From the IMG/VR virus record IMGVR_UViG_3300020197_002285: DNA of 20,000 nucleotides; one strand, written 5' to 3'. Below are positions 7,927-15,106 of the stretch, piece after piece. Made by a program: the position numbers and the translations under genes. The notes under the pieces are model-generated. The model was not told where the DNA came from, did no database searches, and saw only the letters and a list, made by a program, of their open reading frames with translations. The stretch is from an uncultured virus (IMG/VR IMGVR_UViG_3300020197_002285) (lineage: Duplodnaviria; Heunggongvirae; Uroviricota; Caudoviricetes). Position 1 is the stretch's first letter. Each line of letters starts with the position of its first letter.

Positions 7927-9615
7927 TTATTCTTCTTCAAACTTCTCAATAATTGATGCAATCAGAGGGTGTCTAACAATAGAACTTGCTTTGAAGTGAA
8001 TAACTCCAATGCCACTAACATCCTCTAATTTCTTGACGATATTGACCAAAGCTGTGTGACCGCCACCAATATCGCTTTGCATTGGATCGCCAGTTACAAT
8101 AATCTTACTATTTTCACCAAAACGAGTCATAAACAACTTGAGTTGCGACTTTGTTGCATTCTGAGCTTCGTCAAAAATACACACAGCATCGTCAAAGGTG
8201 CGGCCTCTCATATACGCTATGGGAGCTACTTCAATTGAGCGATTGATTATATCTCTTTGTGGGCCTTCTAAACCCACACATTTATTGATACAATCATACA
8301 TAGGAAGCATGTACGGATTCACCTTTTCATCAAAGGTGCCGGGCAAGTAACCCAAACTTTCTCCCGCCTCAACAATCGGTCTTGTGAGGATAATTCTCTT
8401 CTTCTTTTTGGCTAGAATTTCACTAATAGCGAAGGCGCAAGCCAAGTGGGTATTATGAGTAACTGTATAATTGTCTGTCAAATACAACGAATCTTTATGG
8501 TCAACAGATATGCACTGCATATCTTGTTGTTTATCAAGTTTTTCAACTCTATCAATATATCTTTTAGGGGTATATTTACTGCGTGCCTTTCTCAAACGAT
8601 TTTTTCTTGTGAGCAAGAAAACGCTTACATCATTAGATAAATTAAGATAACAACGGTAAGAAACCCTATGTTGTTTGCCATTTTTATCAACAGAACCCTC
8701 TTTCCTTTTTATTCTAGTTGAACCTCCTAAAGAATAAATTAAATGGCAGAAATTTTTAGCCATCTCCCAAGAAGTAGTACAATATGAAATAGAACCTGTT
8801 TTTTCAACAGTACCATCACCATCCATCATTCCTTGCAAAAGAGAGATTCTTTGGTCTACTGAACCGTATAAATAACACTCTGGGATGAACTTTTCGTAAG
8901 ATAACAGCCCCCAAAGGCCCAACTCTTTCAACAATTCTTTGTAAATATTTGATTTATTTGATCGTTTTGTTTTAACAATACGATGATCTATGCCTTTAGA
9001 TTTGCAAACATATCCTGTCAGCAGCAATTCATTGACATTTTGAATGATTTCTTGTTCACAAGAAGTAAAAACAACATTTGAATTTGTTATATTACCTTCA
9101 GACAACAAAATACCCATTAAATATGGAGGAATTACATAATCTTTTCTATCAAACCCCACTGGCTTTGTTGTTTTTATAGATAATACCCTTTTACCATCAA
9201 ATCGGCGGCAATTTTCCTGTAAATAAGAAGTGTCAACAACACGATTTTTCCAGCCATTATCAGCATGAGAGACTGACCAAAGATGTTCTGAGCAACAATC
9301 CACATAAGTTTCATCACTAAAATGCACTCTGAATACATCTTTCTTTCCTTGAGGGAAAACGCCAGTGACTTTTGAAAAACCTCCATCTGGATTTGCTATT
9401 TCATCTCCAATTTCAACATCTTTCATCAAAATATACCCATTACGAGTATAAAGTTTTGAATTCATAGTTAACGCTTTGCCGGTACCGGCTGGCCCCAGCA
9501 AAAATAGAACGTCGTGTTGGTCGAACGCTCCCCAAGCCATTTTTTGAGCTTGATTTTTGAATTCTAGGTGAAAGGGTGAACCTGATCTTCTACCGGACGA
9601 TTTTTCTTTTGCCAT
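7927..9615 (-). CDS. phoH: PhoH family ATPase, intein-containing (221 aa after splicing)
   Basis: GPAGTGK/T Walker A, ILTRPIVE, LGYLPG, YMRGRTF, FDEAQN, TRFGENSK, GDPMQSD, RHPL. Confidence 0.96.
   Translation of the reverse strand: MAKEKSSGRRSGSPFHLEFKNQAQKMAWGAFDQHDVLFLLGPAGTGKALTMNSKLYTRNGYILMKDVEIGDEIANPDGGFSKVTGVFPQGKKDVFRVHFSDETYVDCCSEHLWSVSHADNGWKNRVVDTSYLQENCRRFDGKRVLSIKTTKPVGFDRKDYVIPPYLMGILLSEGNITNSNVVFTSCEQEIIQNVNELLLTGYVCKSKGIDHRIVKTKRSNKSNIYKELLKELGLWGLLSYEKFIPECYLYGSVDQRISLLQGMMDGDGTVEKTGSISYCTTSWEMAKNFCHLIYSLGGSTRIKRKEGSVDKNGKQHRVSYRCYLNLSNDVSVFLLTRKNRLRKARSKYTPKRYIDRVEKLDKQQDMQCISVDHKDSLYLTDNYTVTHNTHLACAFAISEILAKKKKRIILTRPIVEAGESLGYLPGTFDEKVNPYMLPMYDCINKCVGLEGPQRDIINRSIEVAPIAYMRGRTFDDAVCIFDEAQNATKSQLKLFMTRFGENSKIIVTGDPMQSDIGGGHTALVNIVKKLEDVSGIGVIHFKASSIVRHPLIASIIEKFEEE
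8452..9474 (-). mobile_element. Class 3-type intein with LAGLIDADG homing endonuclease (341 aa)
   Basis: Begins ALTMNSK after GPAGTGK; block B CCSEHLW; LAGLIDADG-like YLMGILLSEG and LLQGMMDGDG; block F MQCISVD; ends VTHN before +1 Thr. Confidence 0.93.
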
Positions 9616-9653
9616 TTACATAATTCCTTTGTTGTATTTAGATTTTGCCAAAC

Positions 9654-9693
9654 AAAAAAGGGGATGCTTTCCAGTGATAGAAAGTCCCCTTTT
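9654..9693 (-). terminator. Rho-independent terminator, possibly bidirectional
   Basis: Minus strand AAAAGGGGACUUUC-loop-GAAAGCAUCCCC-UUUUUU; the plus strand also ends in a T run. Confidence 0.8.
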
Positions 9694-10070
9694 CTGCTTT
9701 AGACATTCGCACATTACTCATATGGCTCATTTTCCTAGAATGAACTTATTCATCAGTTAGGTGGTCCAATGCAGGTGATTGACTTCCAATCAGTCTGACT
9801 TGTGTTTCTGTAGACCATAAGAAACAACTTGGCTTACAATATTTATCCTACATTCCCATCTTCTGAATAACGAATAATCCAAATGGTTGTCATAGACAAA
9901 AGATTGCTGCTCTTTGTGGGCTTTCCGTCATTTAAGGCTGACTCGTCACCTTGTTGGCAGCTTGAGGATCGCCAACTACCCCCTTTAGGAAAGGGTCAGA
10001 ACCACTTTTAACGATAAGCGACCGCCGTGTTGAGGCAAACGGCTCCTCCTTCGCAAGAAGACTATGACAA
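9654..10070 (-). ncRNA. Candidate large structured non-coding RNA (~420 nt), family unassigned
   Basis: No ORF in the track; TATAAT at 10079-10074; 9-bp closing helix 10070-10062/9895-9887; about 12 hairpins or helices whose G-U wobbles consistently favour the minus strand; terminator at the 3' end. Confidence 0.7.
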
Positions 10071-10079
10071 AGTATTATA
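10069..10079 (-). promoter_or_regulatory. -10 element TATAATACTTT for the ncRNA candidate
   Basis: Same 11-mer as at 4417-4407; no convincing -35. Confidence 0.55.
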
Positions 10080-10111
10080 TACTTCGCCAAATAAAAACGA
10101 GAACATAAAAC

Positions 10112-10118
10112 CTAAATA
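10112..10118 (+). promoter_or_regulatory. CTAAATA late-promoter-like motif
   Basis: 5 nt before the ATG at 10124; also found at 14579-14585 (+) and 9641-9635 (-); resembles T4 late TATAAATA. Confidence 0.5.
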
Positions 10119-10123
10119 TTGAC

Positions 10124-10564
10124 ATGATGGAAGGCTTTAAGTTATTTCTAGAACAATCCGAAGAAGAGAAAAACGTCAAACAACTTCTCAAAAAGTTGCC
10201 AGCGGGACACCGCAAACTCCTTGACGGATATAAGTTTAAATATCAAGGTGGAAATACGCTCAAGGGCGATGATGGACACATAGGAGTAATTTACAAAGAT
10301 AAGATAACTGTAGCCGCTCCTTGGAATTACGGACGTGAATTCACAACTCTACACGAAATTGCTCATCTTGTTTGGGAATACAAAATGACTCCCGAACTCA
10401 AAAAGGAATGGGGCAAAATCGCAAAAAAGAATCCAAAACAAAACCAAGATAATAGTGAAGAGAATTTTGCTATGGCTTACGCATGTCATTATGCTAAACA
10501 CAAAATCAAAGTTCACGACTGTCCAGAATGGCATGACTTTATCAAAAACAAGGTGCCCAAATGA
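10124..10564 (+). CDS. Small zincin-like metallopeptidase
   Basis: TLHEIAHLVWE (HExxH) plus downstream EENFA. Confidence 0.8.
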   Translation: MMEGFKLFLEQSEEEKNVKQLLKKLPAGHRKLLDGYKFKYQGGNTLKGDDGHIGVIYKDKITVAAPWNYGREFTTLHEIAHLVWEYKMTPELKKEWGKIAKKNPKQNQDNSEENFAMAYACHYAKHKIKVHDCPEWHDFIKNKVPK

Positions 10565-10574
10565 CATTTAATGA

Positions 10575-10724
10575 ATGGATGGGGCAATGGGCGGAGCTTT
10601 CTTAGGCGGTATAACGGCTGGACCAGTTGGCGTGTTACCCGGCTGGTTGGGTGGCAAAGCATCTGAGAAACTATTTCCAAAAGAAGTACTTAACATGAGC
10701 AAAAAGAAAATGAAAGCTCATTAA
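10575..10724 (+). CDS. Small glycine-zipper peptide (49 aa), possibly the frameshifted remainder of a gene starting at 10561
   Basis: Not in the ORF track; translated MDGAMGGAFLGGITAGPVGVLPGWLGGKASEKLFPKEVLNMSKKKMKAH. Confidence 0.55.
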   Translation: MDGAMGGAFLGGITAGPVGVLPGWLGGKASEKLFPKEVLNMSKKKMKAH

Positions 10725-10735
10725 GTGCCGAAAGT

Positions 10736-10930
10736 ATGGCTATGGAAGAGGAAAAAATTGAAAAAGAGGATGAACAAGTTCAAGCACAATTTGTTGATCC
10801 TGTTTCAACAACTTTTAGCATCTGGTTAATCAAAGTCATTGTTGGCGGTATTATTGGGTCTATCGCCGGATTTTTCACCAAATTAGGTTTAAACAGGATA
10901 TTCAATAAGAAAAATTCTCAACAAGATTAG
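10736..10930 (+). CDS. Small membrane protein (64 aa)
   Basis: Acidic N-terminus, hydrophobic segment IWLIKVIVGGIIGSIAGFF, basic tail. Confidence 0.65.
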   Translation: MAMEEEKIEKEDEQVQAQFVDPVSTTFSIWLIKVIVGGIIGSIAGFFTKLGLNRIFNKKNSQQD

Positions 10931-11642
10931 CTTGCCCCCAATCTTTCCCTACGTTGGCAACATATCTTTTTTGTTCATCGATCAACTTTAAGTTGGCAAC
11001 ACTCATGTCTTCAGTTTCTATAATGTTTTTATTTCTATAATTGGCCACTCGCTCATCATTTGAATGAGATATGACCTTATTGAAACAAATCGAGCATGGC
11101 ACTATACGCAAATTGTTATGCATTCTGGCACGAAACTGAAAATTTGTATCATCCCAACCCCAGCCCTGATCTTGACTCTCATCATAGCCATTAACGCTAT
11201 AAAAACTTTCCTTGGTCACAGCTATTTTCCCGCAAGTGCCATTATTCCCATCTGGGTCTTTTGGTGATGAGGGAACAATGATTTTTCGATCTTCGGAGAA
11301 TGAATTATAAAGAAACTCTGGATAACCGGGAACAAGATAATTATCTGCATCTAGGTTACACAAAATATCCCCTGTAGCGGCCCGATGAGTCACATTCTTG
11401 GCATGAGCCGCCCAGAAATATTTTGGTTCATCTGTGCGAATAAATCTAAATCTACCCGACTGAACAAAACTTTGGAGTTGCCCCCAACTATTCCAAACCC
11501 ATTCAGCAAGCCCGTCTGTGCTGCCGTAATCTAAAAGAACAATTTCTGAGTTTATTGAGGAAGCAACTTGCAGATTAGAAGGCAAAGTGTTCACAAGATG
11601 ATGAAGACGGTTCATGCATGTTGTACAAAATGATATTTTCAT
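10902..11642 (-). CDS. GT-A fold glycosyltransferase (GT2 with GT7C-like C-terminal motif)
   Basis: Likely start MKISFCTTCMNR at 11642; LLDYGSTDG, NLDADN (DxD), NGYDE...GWGWDD. Confidence 0.88.
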   Translation of the reverse strand: MKISFCTTCMNRLHHLVNTLPSNLQVASSINSEIVLLDYGSTDGLAEWVWNSWGQLQSFVQSGRFRFIRTDEPKYFWAAHAKNVTHRAATGDILCNLDADNYLVPGYPEFLYNSFSEDRKIIVPSSPKDPDGNNGTCGKIAVTKESFYSVNGYDESQDQGWGWDDTNFQFRARMHNNLRIVPCSICFNKVISHSNDERVANYRNKNIIETEDMSVANLKLIDEQKRYVANVGKDWGQANLVENFSY

Positions 11643-11817
11643 ACTGACCCTGCAATTTTTTCCATCCGGGGGAATTTGGATTAAACCCTTGAACTTTGTG
11701 GACATAATCAAAGGTTGCTGGCTCGTCCCAAAACACTTCACAAGCAGTGCAACCCGCCCTTTTCCCGTACAACCTAGTTGTGGCACAGGAAAGGCATTTG
11801 GGACAAACAATAATCAT
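11575..11817 (-). CDS. Small zinc-ribbon protein (80 aa)
   Basis: ATG 11817 overlaps the oxygenase stop (ATGA); MIIVCPKC...GCTAC. Confidence 0.6.
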   Translation of the reverse strand: MIIVCPKCLSCATTRLYGKRAGCTACEVFWDEPATFDYVHKVQGFNPNSPGWKKLQGQYENIILYNMHEPSSSSCEHFAF

Positions 11818-12473
11818 AACATATCTCTTTTTATAAAAAAGCCAACCACCGAACACCTGACATGATCGCCCGCAGTAATATCCACTCTATTGATGCAATG
11901 CCAACAGCTACCTTTTGTAAAAACCAAACGATTGGGCTTAGGAACAATATAACTCCCAAAGCCATAGGAATTCAATAACAAACTATGATCTTGTCTGCTA
12001 AATGAATCAGAAGCCGTCTGCTGATCTTCATTTGTTTTGGCAACCTGCAATTCACCACCCCAATGAGCGCTCCATTCGGGATGAACATAAAAAATACAAG
12101 CACCAGTATATCCGATGTCATTATGCCAAGATATTTTGGTGCCAGCAGGGTATAAGTAAGGAGTAAACTGTATATCGTCCCAATCTTTTCCTTGTTCGCC
12201 AACTAGATGTTTGAAATTTGGAGCAAGCCAAGCAACTCGTTGTTGAACCAAATCCATTAAATTGCCAAATGGAGCTTTGGAGTTATAAAAGGTTGGCGAT
12301 CTGTAAACAGTGCCATCACTTAATTTCCACACTTTAAGCCACTGGTCATGGGCACAATTTTGAAAAGGCAACTGATTGAAAAATTGCCAAAATGACCAAA
12401 ACACACCATTGGGCAATAAATCATCGACTATGACAAAATTAGGATCATTGAGGACTAATTTTGGGTCGTCCAT
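11814..12473 (-). CDS. 2OG-Fe(II) oxygenase (prolyl-hydroxylase-like)
   Basis: WHND (HxD), HPEWSAHWGGEL, PKPNRLV, distal WHCI, RCS. Confidence 0.9.
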   Translation of the reverse strand: MDDPKLVLNDPNFVIVDDLLPNGVFWSFWQFFNQLPFQNCAHDQWLKVWKLSDGTVYRSPTFYNSKAPFGNLMDLVQQRVAWLAPNFKHLVGEQGKDWDDIQFTPYLYPAGTKISWHNDIGYTGACIFYVHPEWSAHWGGELQVAKTNEDQQTASDSFSRQDHSLLLNSYGFGSYIVPKPNRLVFTKGSCWHCINRVDITAGDHVRCSVVGFFIKRDML

Positions 12474-13201
12474 TACACCGGCCTCGATTGTGCCTGACTT
12501 ACAAGTTTCGGAAGAACAGCAATCGCCTCTTCTTGCAACTTCTCATAATCACTAATGCTTAAGCTGAATATTTTGTAGTGATGTAAAATAGGAGTTTGCA
12601 TAATTTGCGGCTTAAACCCTCTGGAATTAGCCTTCAAAGTCAACACAAAACTAGGACCGATTTGCGGCAATTCTTCAGGCCAACCACCAAGATCATCGTA
12701 GCACTCCTTGCTCATCATAATTAAATGATCGGTCAAGAAGGCAACGTCTTGGTTGCCAACCGTATAAGACTGCGTAGACAACCCAATAAAGCCACTTCCA
12801 GAAGACTCGGCCACATTGAGCAAAAGATCAAGCCATGCGGGATTTGTGATAACAATATCACAGTGCATGAAAATAATGTACTTGGAGTTCTTATCGGCTG
12901 CTCTAGCCCCCTTGTTACAGGCCGCAGACCAATAAAGATTTTTTTCATTCTTAATGACTTTAACCTGCCCATCAATGTCATCTAAGAACTTTTGAGATTC
13001 TGCATCACTGCCATTATCCACAACAATGATTTCATAATTGCTATTGAAGGATGCGATGCAAATGCTTTGCAAACACAGATTTAGATATTCTGGTCTGTTA
13101 CGATGAACAATAACAATCGTAATTTGTTCGTTACTATGGTCGGTAAGCGGGACTTTTAGATCGGAACGATTTCCTTCTAGCGTATTTGTCGGTATTGCCA
13201 T
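12473..13201 (-). CDS. Glycosyltransferase family 2
   Basis: ITIVIVHRNR, EIIVVDNGS, NLYWSAACNKG, IFMHCD; start probably 13201 (MAIPTN) rather than 13216. Confidence 0.85.
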   Translation of the reverse strand: MAIPTNTLEGNRSDLKVPLTDHSNEQITIVIVHRNRPEYLNLCLQSICIASFNSNYEIIVVDNGSDAESQKFLDDIDGQVKVIKNEKNLYWSAACNKGARAADKNSKYIIFMHCDIVITNPAWLDLLLNVAESSGSGFIGLSTQSYTVGNQDVAFLTDHLIMMSKECYDDLGGWPEELPQIGPSFVLTLKANSRGFKPQIMQTPILHHYKIFSLSISDYEKLQEEAIAVLPKLVSQAQSRPV

Positions 13202-13205
13202 ATTT

Positions 13206-13415
13206 TTATTCCTCAACGTCTAATTCTATTACGCCACGTTCGCATACACACTGTATTACACCTACAGGGGTGGTTACGCTTTCGGCGTATTTCTTAGATA
13301 AACTCTTTGAATATTCATCAGCTTTGGAAGCCTTCAAAAAGGCTTTCTCTGGTTTTACTGCGACATATTCTCCGTCAACTTGCCGGGCAACTGATACAAC
13401 TGCGAAAACTTTCAT
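13206..13415 (-). CDS. Hypothetical protein (69 aa)
   Basis: Fills the gap between dut and GT2; AGGA upstream. Confidence 0.7.
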   Translation of the reverse strand: MKVFAVVSVARQVDGEYVAVKPEKAFLKASKADEYSKSLSKKYAESVTTPVGVIQCVCERGVIELDVEE

Positions 13416-13438
13416 GGTATCCTAGTAGAGTAAGATGG

Positions 13439-13942
13439 TTAATTTTCTGTTGAACCAAATCCAGATTCACCACGATCTGTTTGATCAAGCACTTCAACGA
13501 CTTGCCAATCGAATTTCCAGACCGGCTTGAGTAGCATTTGTGCGAATCTTTGCTTATGTGAAATAACGATAGGCTCTTCGCCACCATTTTTGAGAAGGAC
13601 TTTGATTCGTCCTCGATAATCCTCATCAATAGTTGCCGGGCTATTTACAATCTGCAAACCTTTGGTCGCCAAGCCGCTTCTGGGTCGCAGTTGGGCTTCC
13701 CAGCCCACGGGGAGGGCCATACAAAACCCACAATCAACAACTGCACGTTCACCGGCACCAAGAGATATAGGCCCGTCTGGGAGATTCGCATATAAGTCTG
13801 CCCCTGCCGCACCATCTGTTTGATATTGCGGCAAAAAATCTGGTTCATCCAAAATTATCTTCGTAGGGACTTTCTGAGATTTCTTGAGGAATTCCTGTTC
13901 CATCAGATAAAGCGGTATGTGGATTACTTTCTGGCTCATCAT
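13439..13942 (-). CDS. dut: dUTPase (trimeric type)
   Basis: GAAGADL, RPRSGLA, TIDEDYRG, RFAQM, RGESGFGST; AGGAG RBS before 13942. Confidence 0.95.
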   Translation of the reverse strand: MMSQKVIHIPLYLMEQEFLKKSQKVPTKIILDEPDFLPQYQTDGAAGADLYANLPDGPISLGAGERAVVDCGFCMALPVGWEAQLRPRSGLATKGLQIVNSPATIDEDYRGRIKVLLKNGGEEPIVISHKQRFAQMLLKPVWKFDWQVVEVLDQTDRGESGFGSTEN

Positions 13943-14225
13943 CGTCTCCTAATTCCTTAACATAAAGATAAGTTCTATCTCGCACAATTTTTTGTGCTTT
14001 GGATAAGTGTTTTGAAAAATTCTTCCTAAATGATAATAGCGAACTGTTGGGATACGTTCCAGCCTTTTTAATCAATTCTTCCTTGACTTCCTGATCTAAA
14101 TCTTGGTTGTTTATCCACTCAACCAATTTGTCGAGAGTCAAGACTTTGAAATTACAAGGTTTTCTTTCATTGCCGGGTATAACCACCTTGAAGTTGAGGT
14201 TTTCGGCACTATTCATTGATGACAT
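13845..14225 (-). CDS. Hypothetical protein (~126 aa)
   Basis: Likely start MSSMNS at 14225 (AAGGA upstream); the ORF-track extension to 14366 overlaps the next gene. Confidence 0.65.
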   Translation of the reverse strand: MSSMNSAENLNFKVVIPGNERKPCNFKVLTLDKLVEWINNQDLDQEVKEELIKKAGTYPNSSLLSFRKNFSKHLSKAQKIVRDRTYLYVKELGDDDEPESNPHTALSDGTGIPQEISESPYEDNFG

Positions 14226-14562
14226 TATCTTCTTCCTTATTGCTAAAATTATGTATTCCAGAAATCCGCTCATCAAACGCCACCGCATCACCACGCCGAG
14301 CGGACTCAATTTGGCCCTGTAAATCTGGCGTGACGTAATCATCAAATCGAGGCAAGTTCTCGACATTGGGCTTTAGAGGACCAAACATTTCAATAATTTT
14401 GCTCTCAAAACCAGACTTGAATTCGGGCGGAATTTCTACGTTGTGTATCAACTTACCTTCTTCTAAGTTGAAAAATACCAGCGCCTCATAAGTTTCATTA
14501 TCCTGTGAATATCTAACACACAAGGGGATTACATTGAAAACGCTTTTGATTTGTATTTCCAT
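14209..14562 (-). CDS. Hypothetical protein (117 aa)
   Basis: AGGAG RBS; divergent from the gene at 14594. Confidence 0.75.
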   Translation of the reverse strand: MEIQIKSVFNVIPLCVRYSQDNETYEALVFFNLEEGKLIHNVEIPPEFKSGFESKIIEMFGPLKPNVENLPRFDDYVTPDLQGQIESARRGDAVAFDERISGIHNFSNKEEDNVINE

Positions 14563-14593
14563 TTATGACTCTCCTGTACTAAATAAATAAGTA

Positions 14594-14947
14594 ATGGACA
14601 CGAATTTCGACAAATTTATTGTTTTCCGAGACTACCTTGAGAGCCAAGGATCGGTCTATATTCCAGAAGCCTTCGATTGGGCCAAGGACATAGCAAAGAT
14701 ATTGCCTAATATAAGTGTTGATTTGCCTATTGTCAAAAAACAAGCGAAAATAGAAGTGGTATTAGATAAAAAAAATCCCATCTATATACAACTACAAGAT
14801 GGGTCAAAGCTGTTTTTTACACACGATGAATACAGAAGAATCAAAGGCAAACCGGAACGTGGCAGAATGATGATCTTTTCTTTGCAAAGATTACCTACCG
14901 ACTCAACGAATCTGCCTTCGCAAATTTCTCAATGTGAAGTAGTTTAA
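14594..14947 (+). CDS. Hypothetical protein (117 aa), possibly late/virion-internal
   Basis: Preceded by CTAAATAAATA; N-terminal FRDYLE motif. Confidence 0.75.
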   Translation: MDTNFDKFIVFRDYLESQGSVYIPEAFDWAKDIAKILPNISVDLPIVKKQAKIEVVLDKKNPIYIQLQDGSKLFFTHDEYRRIKGKPERGRMMIFSLQRLPTDSTNLPSQISQCEVV

Positions 14948-15106
14948 TTAATTTTCTTTTATTTCAACAACCAAATTCGGATAACGCAATTTGGCAATTT
15001 TCGCAGCTTCTTCTTTGGACATAGCTTCGATTTCTGCAACCACTCGTTCTTTTGGGTGGTCTACATATTCATTAAGAATGAATTCTACAACTTGATACTT
15101 TTTCAT
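14948..15106 (-). CDS. Hypothetical protein (52 aa)
   Basis: Start MKKYQVVE at 15106 overlaps the upstream TGA (ATGA). Confidence 0.6.
   Translation of the reverse strand: MKKYQVVEFILNEYVDHPKERVVAEIEAMSKEEAAKIAKLRYPNLVVEIKEN

Noticed and set aside
9700..9756. Hammerhead ribozyme (CUGAUGA at 9756-9750 ... CGAA); also GUGACGA-stem-GGAAA near 9949-9922
   Set aside because: Neither has the full core: no stem II directly followed by GAAA together with stems I/III and an NUH site.
9654..10070. tmRNA, RNase P RNA, 6S RNA or tRNA identity for the intergenic RNA
   Set aside because: No tRNA-like acceptor/T arm or CCA end. Plus-strand GAAAGTCC and GGCTTA fragments resemble RNase P conserved regions but do not form P4 and are on the strand disfavoured by G-U pairs. 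The multibranch fold is unlike the 6S rod.
11643..11810. N-terminal extension of the 302-aa glycosyltransferase ORF
   Set aside because: The GT domain starts at MKISF (11642); the region is better explained by the ATGA-coupled zinc-ribbon ORF in another frame.
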